Positions 10,167 through 19,974 are shown, numbered from the stretch's first letter. The stretch: 64,000 bases of DNA from Bacteriovoracia bacterium (GCA_050246755.1 JBFWVL010000002.1:288001-352000); one strand, 5' to 3'. Made by a program: numbers and translations. Notes: a model not told the origin generated them from the letters alone.

Positions 10167-11541
10167 ACGTTACCGCCCCCCTCACGCGATCGTTCCGCTG
10201 GTAGCGGCTGATAAAATCTTCCGGCCGCTGACTCTCCGAGCCCAGAATGTCCACGCCGAGGTTCAGGAGCAGAGATCCAGCTGGGCGGTAAAATAAGTCG
10301 GTGACCAGGATATTGCCCTCGTTGAGGGAGTCGAAAATAAATTTCGTGGAAAACAAAAACGAGCGTGCCCATTTATCCGAGATGGGCGTGAACACGGCCA
10401 TACTATAGGCGTTCTGGAACGCGTAGCGGGGTTCGAAGGTGGCGGCGCGGGGATTCACGAAAGGGCCTTGGTCGGGGCTATTACCGCCGCTGCGGCGGAA
10501 ATAGGCGAATTCGAAGCGGGTGTACTTAAATGATTCGCGGAAGGGCATTGTTTTGGCGGTGAATCCGAGGAGGTTGGCGTTCACTACTTCCTGGGTATTC
10601 CAGTTGGCGGGGGTAACGTCGCGGGTGGGGCGCTCCGTGATGGCGCTGGCCGCTAGGCTGTGGCGATCGAAATTCCAGCCGGCATCGGCGGCCACGAGAT
10701 CGTGGTAAAGCACGCGGGGACGGATTACGGCGGGCACGTCGAGCGACGAAACGCTCAAGCGGCCTTCAAAAGATAGGATCAGCTGGTTGATGGGCTTATG
10801 CACGTAGGAGATGCGGCCGAAGGGGCCAAGCTCACGGCCGAGGCGCACGGTTGCGCCCGCCGCTTGGTGCATCACGAGGCTTTTTACCGGAGGAATTTCC
10901 AGGGAGAAGCGCACGTCGGTTTGCTGATTGAACAGAAAGATGGAAGAGGAAGGGCAAGAGAACCAGGGGGAGGCCGTTTTGCAGGATCCGCTAGAGATAT
11001 CAAAGGGGGCACCTTGCTCCGGAATGAAGAGGGGAGAATAGAAGGCCACGATCGAGAAATTCTCGGTTTGAAAGCTGGGGAAGATTCCCACTAAGCCGTT
11101 TTCTTTTTCGTTCAGATAATCCCAGCGGAAGCGGGGCTGGAAAAGGCCAAGGCTCCAATAGGAATCGAGATTGCTCCACGAGTAGCGCTTACGGCCCATG
11201 AATACGCTGAAATTACCCGGCTTATAACCCACGTAAGCTTCGCCCACGTTGAGGTAGCGGAGGTTCGCCTCGCCCACGCCGTAGAGGGATTCGCTGTCGA
11301 TGCCGAAGTGGAAATCGTCCGAGTTACCCACACCCCTTACCGAGATATTGAGGCCGAGATTTCCGGTGCGGCTATCCGCGATCGTTTCGCTGGCGCGGGT
11401 TAGGTACGTATTGCCGGTGAGTCCCACGCGAATTTCTTTGTCGCGCAGCTTGGGCTGGAGCGAAGGCAGGGCGTGTGCGCTCAGGCTCGCCGAGAGCAGG
11501 AGGGGCCAAACAAATTTTATTGCCTTCGGGCAAGATCGCAT
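10156..11541 (-). CDS. Putative outer-membrane beta-barrel protein
   Basis: Signal peptide ending AHA; alternating amphipathic strands; C-terminal beta-signal RGAVTYAF. Start 11541 (AGGA RBS) preferred over 11583. Confidence 0.7.
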   Translation of the reverse strand: MRSCPKAIKFVWPLLLSASLSAHALPSLQPKLRDKEIRVGLTGNTYLTRASETIADSRTGNLGLNISVRGVGNSDDFHFGIDSESLYGVGEANLRYLNVGEAYVGYKPGNFSVFMGRKRYSWSNLDSYWSLGLFQPRFRWDYLNEKENGLVGIFPSFQTENFSIVAFYSPLFIPEQGAPFDISSGSCKTASPWFSCPSSSIFLFNQQTDVRFSLEIPPVKSLVMHQAAGATVRLGRELGPFGRISYVHKPINQLILSFEGRLSVSSLDVPAVIRPRVLYHDLVAADAGWNFDRHSLAASAITERPTRDVTPANWNTQEVVNANLLGFTAKTMPFRESFKYTRFEFAYFRRSGGNSPDQGPFVNPRAATFEPRYAFQNAYSMAVFTPISDKWARSFLFSTKFIFDSLNEGNILVTDLFYRPAGSLLLNLGVDILGSESQRPEDFISRYQRNDRVRGAVTYAF

Positions 11542-11748
11542 AAATTTCCTAAGGCCCTTTCCCGGGGGAGACAGGGCGACCATAGAATATCAAAGTAGAT
11601 CATTAAACTCAAGTATTCTTATATAATAATCTATTGTAATTCTAGATGGTTAGCACAGAGCAGGCAAGGCTGGGACGAGCGAAAAACGGCGAATCTCTGG
11701 GCTGGTCAAATTCGCGCTGAGTGCGTTCTACAGGTGTCTAAAAGATCG

Positions 11749-12381
11749 TCAGAGTTTTCGGGCCACGAGGATCCCGTCGCGGATGGGCAGCATCACGATT
11801 TCCACGCGCGTATCGGACCTTGCGTAGTCGTTGAAGGCGCAGATATCGCGGTCGCTCTTTTCCTGGGGGGCTAGCACGCGCCCACTCCAGAGCACGTTGT
11901 CCACCACGAGCAATCCGCCTTGGCGCACCTTGGGCAATGATTTGTCCCAGTAGGTTTGGTAGCCGGCCTTATCGGCATCGATGAACACGAGATCGATATT
12001 GCCCTCGAGCTTCTCCACCGTTTCGGCGCCCGGCCCAAGCCTAAGCTCGATCTTCTTTCCGTGAGGGCTTTGTTCCCAGAATTTTTTGGCCAAGTCGGTA
12101 GCGCGGGGGTCGATATCGCAGGTGATGAGCTTGCCGTCTTCGGGAAGCGCGGAGGCCATGGCGAGGGCGCTAAAGCCCGAGAAGGTGCCGAATTCCAGTA
12201 CGCGCTTAGCGCCGGAGATGGCCACCAGAAGCCCGAGGAAGCGGCCTTCCAGCAGGCCTACCTGCATTTGCGGGGCCGAGAGTTCAGCGAAGGTGGCTTC
12301 CTTGAGGCGATCGAATAGAGCGGGTAGGGGCGTGGTGTGAGCACGGCAATAGTCTTCGATTTCTTCCGGCACTAGCTTCAT
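11749..12381 (-). CDS. Class I SAM-dependent O-methyltransferase (caffeoyl-CoA/COMT-like)
   Basis: VLEFGTFSGFS, FIDADK, VDNVLWSG, LPIRDG. Confidence 0.9.
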   Translation of the reverse strand: MKLVPEEIEDYCRAHTTPLPALFDRLKEATFAELSAPQMQVGLLEGRFLGLLVAISGAKRVLEFGTFSGFSALAMASALPEDGKLITCDIDPRATDLAKKFWEQSPHGKKIELRLGPGAETVEKLEGNIDLVFIDADKAGYQTYWDKSLPKVRQGGLLVVDNVLWSGRVLAPQEKSDRDICAFNDYARSDTRVEIVMLPIRDGILVARKL

Positions 12382-13661
12382 TTTTTTTCTCCCATGGTCT
12401 CTGCAGTTCTAAACTCTTGCCATTCTTTCTGCACGATTAGGCGGGCACTTCGGCCATAGGTCACATAAGCCCAGATCCAGGTCATCACCACGAACAGGCG
12501 ATTCTTGAAGCCGATCAAGTAGTAGATGTGCACGGTAATCCAGGTGAGCCAGGCAAAGAAGCCATAAAAACGCAGCTTGTCCATTTGCACTACCGCGCGC
12601 GAACGGCCGATCGTGGCCATCTGCCCTTTATCCTTATACCGGAAAGGCAGTGTTTTTTCTCCGCGGCTTAGGCGCAATATATTTTCGGCGGCATGGCGGC
12701 CCGCCTGTATCGCTACCGGGGCGAGCCCCGGCAATGCTTTTCCGTCTTGCTCGAAATGAGCTTGGTCTCCCACCACGAAAACTTCGGGATGCCCAGGCAG
12801 GCTCAGGTCTTTTTCTACGGGCACACGACCGGAGCGATCGAGATTCCCGCTAAGCGACTGGTTCAACTCACTCGGCTTCACGCCGGCGGCCCAAATCACG
12901 GTGGCCGCATGCAGCGTTTCGGCGCCCATTTCCACGCCCGTTTGGCTTACCTTCGTAACCCGCGTGGAGGTCCACACGCTCACGCCCAAGTTTTCCAAAT
13001 CTCTCAGGGCGTGGGAGGCCACCTCGGGCTCGAAGCCCGCCAAAATTCTCGGGCCTGCCTCGATAAGAATTACCCGCGTCTGGGATGGATCGATCCGGCG
13101 AAATTCTTTACGCAAGGTATAGCGACTGATTTCTCCGAGTGCGCCCGCGAGCTCTACTCCGGTCGGGCCGCCGCCGATCACCACGAAGGTGAGAAAACTT
13201 TTTTGCTTCGCCGGATCCGTTTCGCGCTCCGCAAACTCGTAGGCGCTCAGCACGCGGCGGCGGATCTCGGTGGCTTGCTCGAGGGTTTTCAGCCCGGGGG
13301 CAAATTTTTCCCATTCGTCGTGGCCGAAATAACTATGCTGGGCGCCGGTGGCCACGAGCAAATAGTCGTAGGAGAAAGTGCCGAATTCACCGGTTACTTC
13401 CTTGGTTCCGGGCCTAACGGCCTTTGCGGCGCCAAGCAGGACGTTCACGTTGGGATAGTCGGCTAGTAAGCTGCGGATGGGCGAGGCGATATCCGCCGGG
13501 CTCAATCCCGCCATCGCAACCTGGTAAAGCAGGGGCTGAAATAAATGGTAGTTGCGGCGGTCGAGAACGGTGATCGTAAGGTCTTTGCCTTTGCGGCCGA
13601 GCACTTTGGCGGCGTTGAGTCCCGCGAAACCGGCGCCGAGAATAAGCACTGAGTGGCCCAT
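12378..13661 (-). CDS. ndh: Type II NADH:quinone oxidoreductase
   Basis: GAGFAG, FQPLLYQVA, GGGPTGVELAG, APVAIQ, YKDKGQMATIGR. Confidence 0.9.
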   Translation of the reverse strand: MGHSVLILGAGFAGLNAAKVLGRKGKDLTITVLDRRNYHLFQPLLYQVAMAGLSPADIASPIRSLLADYPNVNVLLGAAKAVRPGTKEVTGEFGTFSYDYLLVATGAQHSYFGHDEWEKFAPGLKTLEQATEIRRRVLSAYEFAERETDPAKQKSFLTFVVIGGGPTGVELAGALGEISRYTLRKEFRRIDPSQTRVILIEAGPRILAGFEPEVASHALRDLENLGVSVWTSTRVTKVSQTGVEMGAETLHAATVIWAAGVKPSELNQSLSGNLDRSGRVPVEKDLSLPGHPEVFVVGDQAHFEQDGKALPGLAPVAIQAGRHAAENILRLSRGEKTLPFRYKDKGQMATIGRSRAVVQMDKLRFYGFFAWLTWITVHIYYLIGFKNRLFVVMTWIWAYVTYGRSARLIVQKEWQEFRTAETMGEKK

Positions 13662-13679
13662 TCTCGAGTTTCTATCATA

Positions 13680-14312
13680 TCAGGCGGCGCTTGGCTTTCG
13701 CATTTGCTTGCGGCGTTCTAGCAGTTTTTCCTTCGCGTCCGTGAGGCAGCGAGTATGTTCGTTGGCGCTCTGTGTCTGCTGGGGCGTGCGCGCGTGATCG
13801 GGATGGTATTGCTTCACCCAGTGACGGAAGGCTTTCACGATCGTTTGGGTGGCGGCATTCTCGCGCACGGCAAGCACCTCGTGGGGCTTTCCGTGGAAGA
13901 GGGGAGCTTTGGGTAATTCTTTTTTTGGTGCCGGCTTTGGTTGCGGCTTAGGAGATTCCGCTTTGGCCTTTTGCTCGGCTCTGGGGGGCGCTTCTTGCCG
14001 CTTCTCCTTTTTGCCCTCTTGCTTTTCTGCCTTAGGCCCTTCTCGCTTTTTCTCCCCGAGCGGCTTCACGTCCAGAACGTCTTCTATCCGGATCTTCTCT
14101 CGCCGGGGTTCTGGGGGCCGGGAGCCGTATCCCGAGCCGGCCAATAGGGCCGCCGGTCTTAGTCCGTCACGCAGGAAGCGCTTGGCGGCGCTTTCCGCCT
14201 GAAGGCTTAAAATCATGTAGAGGGCGCTCACAAGGCCGAGGCCGAATTGTCCTTGCGATAGGTATTCCACGGCCGAGGCAATCACCAGGGGAATCAGGAT
14301 CAGGTGGCGCAT
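13680..14312 (-). CDS. Membrane-anchored J-domain protein
   Basis: Two N-terminal TM segments, Lys/Pro-rich linker, C-terminal J domain with YHPD. Confidence 0.8.
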   Translation of the reverse strand: MRHLILIPLVIASAVEYLSQGQFGLGLVSALYMILSLQAESAAKRFLRDGLRPAALLAGSGYGSRPPEPRREKIRIEDVLDVKPLGEKKREGPKAEKQEGKKEKRQEAPPRAEQKAKAESPKPQPKPAPKKELPKAPLFHGKPHEVLAVRENAATQTIVKAFRHWVKQYHPDHARTPQQTQSANEHTRCLTDAKEKLLERRKQMRKPSAA

Positions 14313-14318
14313 AGTTCT

Positions 14319-14346
14319 TTATCGGCCAACCGAGGCCGGGCCTGCA
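14319..14346 (-). promoter_or_regulatory. Putative sigma28 promoter, leaderless
   Basis: TGCAG-N15-GCCGATAA, then 6 nt to ATG 14312. Confidence 0.55.
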
Positions 14347-14381
14347 ACAATAATTACTTATAAAATCAGCTAGATAGGTCT

Positions 14382-15548
14382 CTATCCTAAAGCGGAAAGT
14401 CCGCCGTGCTGAAGCTGGCGAATCATCCAGCGGTATTCGTTGAGAGATCGCTCTAGCATTTTTCTCTCGGCGCGCAGGCGCCCGGCCCAGTGCCTTGCCC
14501 TCGCTCGATGCGAACGCTTGCCCTCGCGAATCATCGTCTCGCGCCAGGCCTGGAATTCCCGGAGTTTTCGCTGAAAGTCTTGGAGGTGCTGCTCAATCGC
14601 CAGGCGCATGGCCTCCACCTGGGCCGGCACCTCTTCCCGCCAATTTTGGATGAACTGATCGGAAGACGTCTCGAGCTTCGCTTTCAAGATGTGGGCATCC
14701 GGAGTGCGGCTAAGGTTACGGCTGAGGCCCACGAAATTAAGACAGAGGATGAGCCACTTACTCGGGTCCCACTGGTACCAGCGCACGCCGTTCCGGTAGT
14801 CGTTGGCGAAAGCATGATGGAAGTTATGGTAGCCTTCGCCATTGGTAAGGAAGGCAAGCCACCAGCAGTCGCGGGCCGAAACCTTCGTGGAATAAGGACG
14901 CGTGCCGAACATATGCGCCAGAGAATTAATGAAGAACGTTCCATGGTGGACCACGATCAGGCGGAGTAGCCCACCCACGAAGAAGCCCGCGAAGGGGCGT
15001 CCGATCATCCAGCCCAAAAGAGTGGGTAAACCGAAGCTTACGGCGAAAGCGATGAGCAGAAAATGGCGGTGCTGCCAGCGCACGAGCGGATCGGCCTCTA
15101 AATCGGCGGCATTGGCGAAGCTGCGGTCTTTCGGATCATTGCGGAAGATCCATCCCATATGGGCGTAGAAAAATCCTTTGGAGATGCTGTAGGGGTCGCC
15201 TTCTTTATCTACGAAGCGATGGTGGTAACGATGATCCGAACACCACTTGAAAGCGGAGTTTTGCATCGCGGCCGCGCCGAATACCAAAAAGAAAAAGCGC
15301 ACGAGGGCCGGGCTCTCGTAGGTTTGGTGGGCAAATAAACGGTGGTAGCCCGCCGTGATGGAAAAACCGCTCGCGAGCAGCATAAAAGTAAAAATCGCGA
15401 GGTCGCTCCAAGCAAATTCGCTCGAGAGCAAATAGACGGGGAAGAGGGCGATCCCGGCAACGGGGGTAGCCAAGAGAAAAAGAGTATTCGTCCAGCTGAA
15501 CTCACCGTTCCAGCGTGGTTGGTGCTGCCATTTGCTGTTCTGTTCCAT
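14382..15548 (-). CDS. Delta-9 acyl-CoA fatty acid desaturase
   Basis: His boxes HRLFAH, HRYHH, HNFHH; GEGYHN; WDPSKW. Confidence 0.92.
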   Translation of the reverse strand: MEQNSKWQHQPRWNGEFSWTNTLFLLATPVAGIALFPVYLLSSEFAWSDLAIFTFMLLASGFSITAGYHRLFAHQTYESPALVRFFFLVFGAAAMQNSAFKWCSDHRYHHRFVDKEGDPYSISKGFFYAHMGWIFRNDPKDRSFANAADLEADPLVRWQHRHFLLIAFAVSFGLPTLLGWMIGRPFAGFFVGGLLRLIVVHHGTFFINSLAHMFGTRPYSTKVSARDCWWLAFLTNGEGYHNFHHAFANDYRNGVRWYQWDPSKWLILCLNFVGLSRNLSRTPDAHILKAKLETSSDQFIQNWREEVPAQVEAMRLAIEQHLQDFQRKLREFQAWRETMIREGKRSHRARARHWAGRLRAERKMLERSLNEYRWMIRQLQHGGLSALG

Positions 15549-15618
15549 CGCATCTCCTTATTCCGTTTGGGCTATTTTACGCGTGGATGCGGCAAAAAGC
15601 CTAGGAAGAAGGAGAGTT

Positions 15619-16968
15619 TTAGCTGGACGCTTTTAGTTTGTTCATCGCGTTGAGGGCGGCTACTTTGTAGGCCTCCGCGAGAGTGGGGTAATTAAACACG
15701 TTGGCCACCAGAAACTCCACGCTGGCATTGAGCGCGAACACGATTTGCCCGATATGAATCAGTTCGGTGGCACCCGCGCCGATGGCGTGAATGCCGAGAA
15801 GTTTTTTGGTGTCCCTATGCACCAGTAATTTCACGAAACCGTTTTCTTCGCCCATGATTAGCCCGCGCGCGAGTTCCCGGTAATACGCGTGGCCTACCAC
15901 GTAGGGAATATTTTTTTCCCGGAGCTCTCCCTCGTGCGAGCCCACGCAAGAAATTTCCGGAATCGTATAGATGCCGGTAGGGAAGGATCGCGGGAATTCC
16001 GCGCAAGGCAAGCCGAACATGCGGCAGGCCGCCAAGCGCCCTTGTTCGGCGGAAGCAGCGGCGAGCGCGGGGGGGCCGATCACGTCGCCCACGGCGTAGA
16101 TATGCTTCGCGGCCGTCTGATAGGTAATGGGGTCCACGCTGATATTTCCCTTGGCGTCGAGGGTGACTCCGGCCGCACTTAGGTTAAGTTTCTCGGTATT
16201 GGGCAGCCGACCCAGGCAAACGAGGGCGGCGTCTACGGGCAAAACCTTTCCATTCACCTGAAATTTCAGCTTCGTAGAACCTTTAGCAATCTTTTTCTCA
16301 GAAATGATTTCAGCCCCCAACTGCAGTTCAATGCCACGCGTGGCGAATTCCGCCTGAAGGGCGGAAACTAGCTCTTGGTCAATCGAGCGCAAAAGCTCTT
16401 TGCGGCGATCGATGAGGTAAACCTTGCTGCCCAGCTGGGCGAAAATGCTGGCGTATTCGCAGCCGATTACGCCCGCGCCGAATACGGCGATTCGCTTGGG
16501 ACGCCGCTTGATGCCTAAAATGCCGTCGCTATCAAATACGCCCGGGTGACGAAAGGCGAAATCGGCGGGCCGGTTAGGGCGGGTGCCGGTGGCGATCACG
16601 AAATGCTCCCCGGAAATTTGGGTTTTCTTGCTCCCGCTACCGATGGAGATCGTGTGGGCGTCCACGAAGGAAGCGATGCCGTGGAAAAACTCCACGTGAT
16701 TCCGCAGAAGCTGCTGTTTGATCACCTTCGCTTCGCCCTGGATCACCGCGCGCATCCGCAGTAAAGCGGGGCTCAGCTCGGATCCTAGGCCCGCGAGCGC
16801 GGCCTCGCGCAGGCTTTTGCTCGGAATCGTTCCGGTATGCACACAGGAACCACCGGGGCGGCCGGCTTCCACGAGCGCCACGCGCTTGCCGATTTTAGCG
16901 GCTTGTACCGCTGCACGGGCGCCGCCAGGGCCGGAGCCGATCACCACGAGATCGAATTTTTGCGTCAT
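15619..16968 (-). CDS. sthA: Soluble pyridine nucleotide transhydrogenase
   Basis: GSGPGG, CVHTGTIPSK (CxxxxT), GIYTIPEIS, FNYPTLAEAYKVAA. Confidence 0.9.
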   Translation of the reverse strand: MTQKFDLVVIGSGPGGARAAVQAAKIGKRVALVEAGRPGGSCVHTGTIPSKSLREAALAGLGSELSPALLRMRAVIQGEAKVIKQQLLRNHVEFFHGIASFVDAHTISIGSGSKKTQISGEHFVIATGTRPNRPADFAFRHPGVFDSDGILGIKRRPKRIAVFGAGVIGCEYASIFAQLGSKVYLIDRRKELLRSIDQELVSALQAEFATRGIELQLGAEIISEKKIAKGSTKLKFQVNGKVLPVDAALVCLGRLPNTEKLNLSAAGVTLDAKGNISVDPITYQTAAKHIYAVGDVIGPPALAAASAEQGRLAACRMFGLPCAEFPRSFPTGIYTIPEISCVGSHEGELREKNIPYVVGHAYYRELARGLIMGEENGFVKLLVHRDTKKLLGIHAIGAGATELIHIGQIVFALNASVEFLVANVFNYPTLAEAYKVAALNAMNKLKASS

Positions 16969-17036
16969 CTTAAAATTATTAAGTTTCGGCCGTGAGTGCG
17001 CAAGGAGATCTTACCCGGTAAAGAAGGAGGAAACAG

Positions 17037-17071
17037 AAAAGCCCTAGACGGAAAAACGTCTTGGGCTTTTT
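17037..17071 (-). terminator. Intrinsic terminator downstream of slyD
   Basis: AAAAGCCCTAGACG-GAAAAA-CGTCTTGGGCTTTTT hairpin with T-tracts on both strands. Confidence 0.75.
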
Positions 17072-17089
17072 CTTACACTCTAGCGATTC

Positions 17090-17566
17090 CTAGTGGTGGT
17101 GGCCGTGAGGCCCATGCGCGTGGCCGTGGCTTACTTCATCGTCCGTGGCGGGGCGCGTTTCGGTAACTTCCACTTCGAAGTGGAGTTTTTTGCCGGCGAG
17201 CGGATGGTTTCCATCGATCGTAACTTTTTCCCCGGTAAGGGCCATTACCGTGAACACGGGAGAATGGTCGTCCTGGCCGCCGCGAAAGCGATCGCCCACT
17301 TTCAAGTTAACGTCCGCGGGGAATTGCTTGCGGTCTACTTGAAGCACGAGATCGTCCCGTTTTTCTCCGTAACCTTCGCCGGCTTCCACGGTCACTTTCT
17401 TTTTATCGCCGGTTGCAGCGGTGCTCAGTTGTTTTTCCAAACCGGGAATAATATTTCCGGCGCCCTCAAGATATTGCAGCGGTTCGCCGCCCTGGGAGCT
17501 GTCGATCACGGTGCCTTGATCGTCTTTCAAAGTGTAATGAATGGTGACTACGCGCGCCTTACTCAT
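17090..17566 (-). CDS. slyD: FKBP-type peptidyl-prolyl isomerase SlyD
   Basis: VTIHYTL, DGNHPLAGKKLHF, His-rich tail; ATG 17566 with GGAGG RBS. Confidence 0.92.
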   Translation of the reverse strand: MSKARVVTIHYTLKDDQGTVIDSSQGGEPLQYLEGAGNIIPGLEKQLSTAATGDKKKVTVEAGEGYGEKRDDLVLQVDRKQFPADVNLKVGDRFRGGQDDHSPVFTVMALTGEKVTIDGNHPLAGKKLHFEVEVTETRPATDDEVSHGHAHGPHGHHH

Positions 17567-17680
17567 GGGAACCTCCGGATTTTCGGCATAGGACCACAAA
17601 ATGTCACCGTTGTGTAGGGAAAAAGCTGATAGGATATTGGTGAATTCCAAGATTGCCCGTTCATTTTTTAAGGAGTGAAA

Positions 17681-17983
17681 ATGTTTGTTCGTAAGTTCGT
17701 TTCTTTGGTTTTTTTGTTCGCGTTAGCCATGCCCGTTTTGTCGCACGCAGGCACGCACCATCCCGACCGTTCCACCGCAGCCGCTAAGCATAAAAAGGCG
17801 AAGGGCAAGAAGGCAAAAAAAGGAAAAGTGAAAAAGGCCAAGATGGCACGCAAAGCAAAAGCCAAAAGCAAGAGAGCCAGCCATGCTCCCACCCACGAGA
17901 TGGGCGAAGGCGTGAACCATACTCCTCCCGAAATGAAGGAAGATCTGCCGGCTCCTAGCGTGGAAAGCACCACCGAAGAGTAG
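17681..17983 (+). CDS. Small secreted Lys-rich low-complexity protein
   Basis: AGGAG RBS; signal peptide ending SHA; KHKKAKGKKAKKGKVKKAK; acidic tail. Confidence 0.7.
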   Translation: MFVRKFVSLVFLFALAMPVLSHAGTHHPDRSTAAAKHKKAKGKKAKKGKVKKAKMARKAKAKSKRASHAPTHEMGEGVNHTPPEMKEDLPAPSVESTTEE

Positions 17984-18052
17984 AAAAGAAAAACCCTTTT
18001 ACCACCATGGTAAAAGGGCCTTCCCAGTCAATCAGGTATGCTTCTAAGAGAT

Positions 18053-18094
18053 AAAAGCAGGGAGGTCGTTATAGGGCCTCGCTGCTTTTTTTTT
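18053..18094 (+). terminator. Intrinsic terminator
   Basis: AAAAGCAGGGAGGTC...GGCCTCGCTGC followed by 9 T. Confidence 0.7.
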
Positions 18095-18141
18095 AAATTT
18101 ATATTAGACAATCTATTATTCTTTTAATACATAGCAATGCC

Positions 18142-18921
18142 ATGGAACTCATCTCGCACGAACTCTCGGTATTATCTCGGGCCGTGGCCTACAAAAACCT
18201 CTCCGGTGCTTCCCAGCACGTAGGCCTTAGCCAGCCCCAGCTTTCCCGCATCGTAAAGAAAATCGAAGAAACCTTCTCGATCGTGCTCCTGGATCGCGGA
18301 GCCAAGCGCAACGCCACGTGGACTCCCACGGCCCATCGCTTGGCCGACTTTTACCTTAAAAAAATGCGCCTTTTCGACCGTGAACTCGAATCCCTTTTGG
18401 TTGCCAGCCAAACCAGGCAGCTGCAGGTAGGCACTCTCGAAGGACTCGCCGGGATGGCATTGCCCTACGTGCATCATCTGTTAGAAAAAGTGCAGATTCG
18501 CCTCGTGGAGATCGACGTTTTCGATCTTGATCGCCTGGAAGAGTTGTTTTCACGAGGCGAGCTCGACCTCGTCTTCACTTCCCGCGAGCCCGGCCGCAAA
18601 AAATATTTGTATTCCCACGTGATGGGCTACCAGTCGCTGGATCGCGTGAGCAGCAATGCGCATTTCCAAGTGATGAGCACCTACGAGTACGGCTCGAAGC
18701 GGGATAAACTCAAAGAAGTGGAGCGGCTCCTTATTAGCAATTCGCTTGGGATCCGCCGCGAGTGGTTCAAGCGGTTCGGCGGAACTGGCACGATTCCCTC
18801 GGAGCCGCGTACCGAGAAGAGAACCTCGGCCGATACGGAAAGCATCATCATGATCGGATCCGATACGCTGAGCCCGAAAGTATGGCAGGAACTAGTAAGA
18901 GCGGCGGGCAAGTCGAAATAG
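18142..18921 (+). CDS. LysR-family transcriptional regulator (short, divergent effector domain)
   Basis: HTH NLSGASQHVGLSQPQLSRIVKKIE; ELDLVFT. Confidence 0.85.
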   Translation: MELISHELSVLSRAVAYKNLSGASQHVGLSQPQLSRIVKKIEETFSIVLLDRGAKRNATWTPTAHRLADFYLKKMRLFDRELESLLVASQTRQLQVGTLEGLAGMALPYVHHLLEKVQIRLVEIDVFDLDRLEELFSRGELDLVFTSREPGRKKYLYSHVMGYQSLDRVSSNAHFQVMSTYEYGSKRDKLKEVERLLISNSLGIRREWFKRFGGTGTIPSEPRTEKRTSADTESIIMIGSDTLSPKVWQELVRAAGKSK

Positions 18922-18924
18922 ACG

Positions 18925-19974
18925 CTATTTCAGGTTCATCGCGCGTTTCATGATCTCGATTAATTTTTCTTTGCGCATCTTGAGTATCGCCGTGGCGGGC
19001 GTGGCCCAGTCGCCGAAGACGGGATCTTTATCGTCTACCGGGGTTCGCCATATGCCTGCCATACGGTCGGCCAAACCGAGTAGAACGGCAAACTTGTAGT
19101 TCTGCGCATCCACTTCCTTTAAGCAGTAAGGCTCCCGAAAATAGCGAACCGCCGGCGTGAGTGAGTGAAACACATCGTAGTAGTGCAGCAAATGGGCGCT
19201 CACTTCTTCGTGGGCCACCCCGAACGCTGCGCGTTCCGCCAGCGACCTGGCCAGCGCGGGAAGCTTTGCGTCCGCTTCATGGGCCCGCTCCAGCTCGGCG
19301 TAGCCGCCCTTGGCGTCGGGGTAATTCGCGGCCAGCAACAGCTTGCCGGCTTGGGTGAGCATGCCGGCGGCGATCGCGTATTTGGGCGTAAATCCCGCCA
19401 CGTCTTCCGCTAACAGGTAAGCGATCACGCCCGTGCGTTGCGCGCGCTTCACGATATCGCGAAAATAGGGCTCCGATTTTTTAAAGTTCGGGTCTTTCGC
19501 CTGAGTATTGAGAAAGCAGTCGAAAAAAACTCCCGCGGCGTAGGCCGTTTCCGAATATTCGAGATTATTTCTCAGGAAAAGCTCTTCGCTGTCGATCGCG
19601 GTTTTCAGCAAATCGGCCGACTTTATTTCCACCGATCCATCCGGCATCACCGGAAAGGAGCCCTCTTTGGCTTTATGCAGCTGGAGCGCCACGATTAGGT
19701 TCCGGCTGCCGATCATTCCCAGGAGATTCACGAGGCGGTGCGTGGGGCTATCTTGTTCTTTGTCTTTTCCCTCGGCGTTCTTATCGGGCGCGGCGGTTTT
19801 TTTGGCGATGAAGCGAAAAAAGAGGGAACGGTACACCTGGTTCCTGTTAAGGATGCGCACCAAGTCGTCGGCGCTCACATCGATATCGATAAATTCCTGG
19901 AGCGTGTCACGGGCGGTAGCGCCTATATGATAGGGGAGAAACTGACCCGTTTCCTGGAAGGAAAACGCTTTCAT
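18925..19974 (-). CDS. HDOD domain signalling protein
   Basis: VNLLGMIGSRNL, AGMLTQAGKLLL, ERAAFGVAHEEVSAHLL. Confidence 0.75.
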   Translation of the reverse strand: MKAFSFQETGQFLPYHIGATARDTLQEFIDIDVSADDLVRILNRNQVYRSLFFRFIAKKTAAPDKNAEGKDKEQDSPTHRLVNLLGMIGSRNLIVALQLHKAKEGSFPVMPDGSVEIKSADLLKTAIDSEELFLRNNLEYSETAYAAGVFFDCFLNTQAKDPNFKKSEPYFRDIVKRAQRTGVIAYLLAEDVAGFTPKYAIAAGMLTQAGKLLLAANYPDAKGGYAELERAHEADAKLPALARSLAERAAFGVAHEEVSAHLLHYYDVFHSLTPAVRYFREPYCLKEVDAQNYKFAVLLGLADRMAGIWRTPVDDKDPVFGDWATPATAILKMRKEKLIEIMKRAMNLK

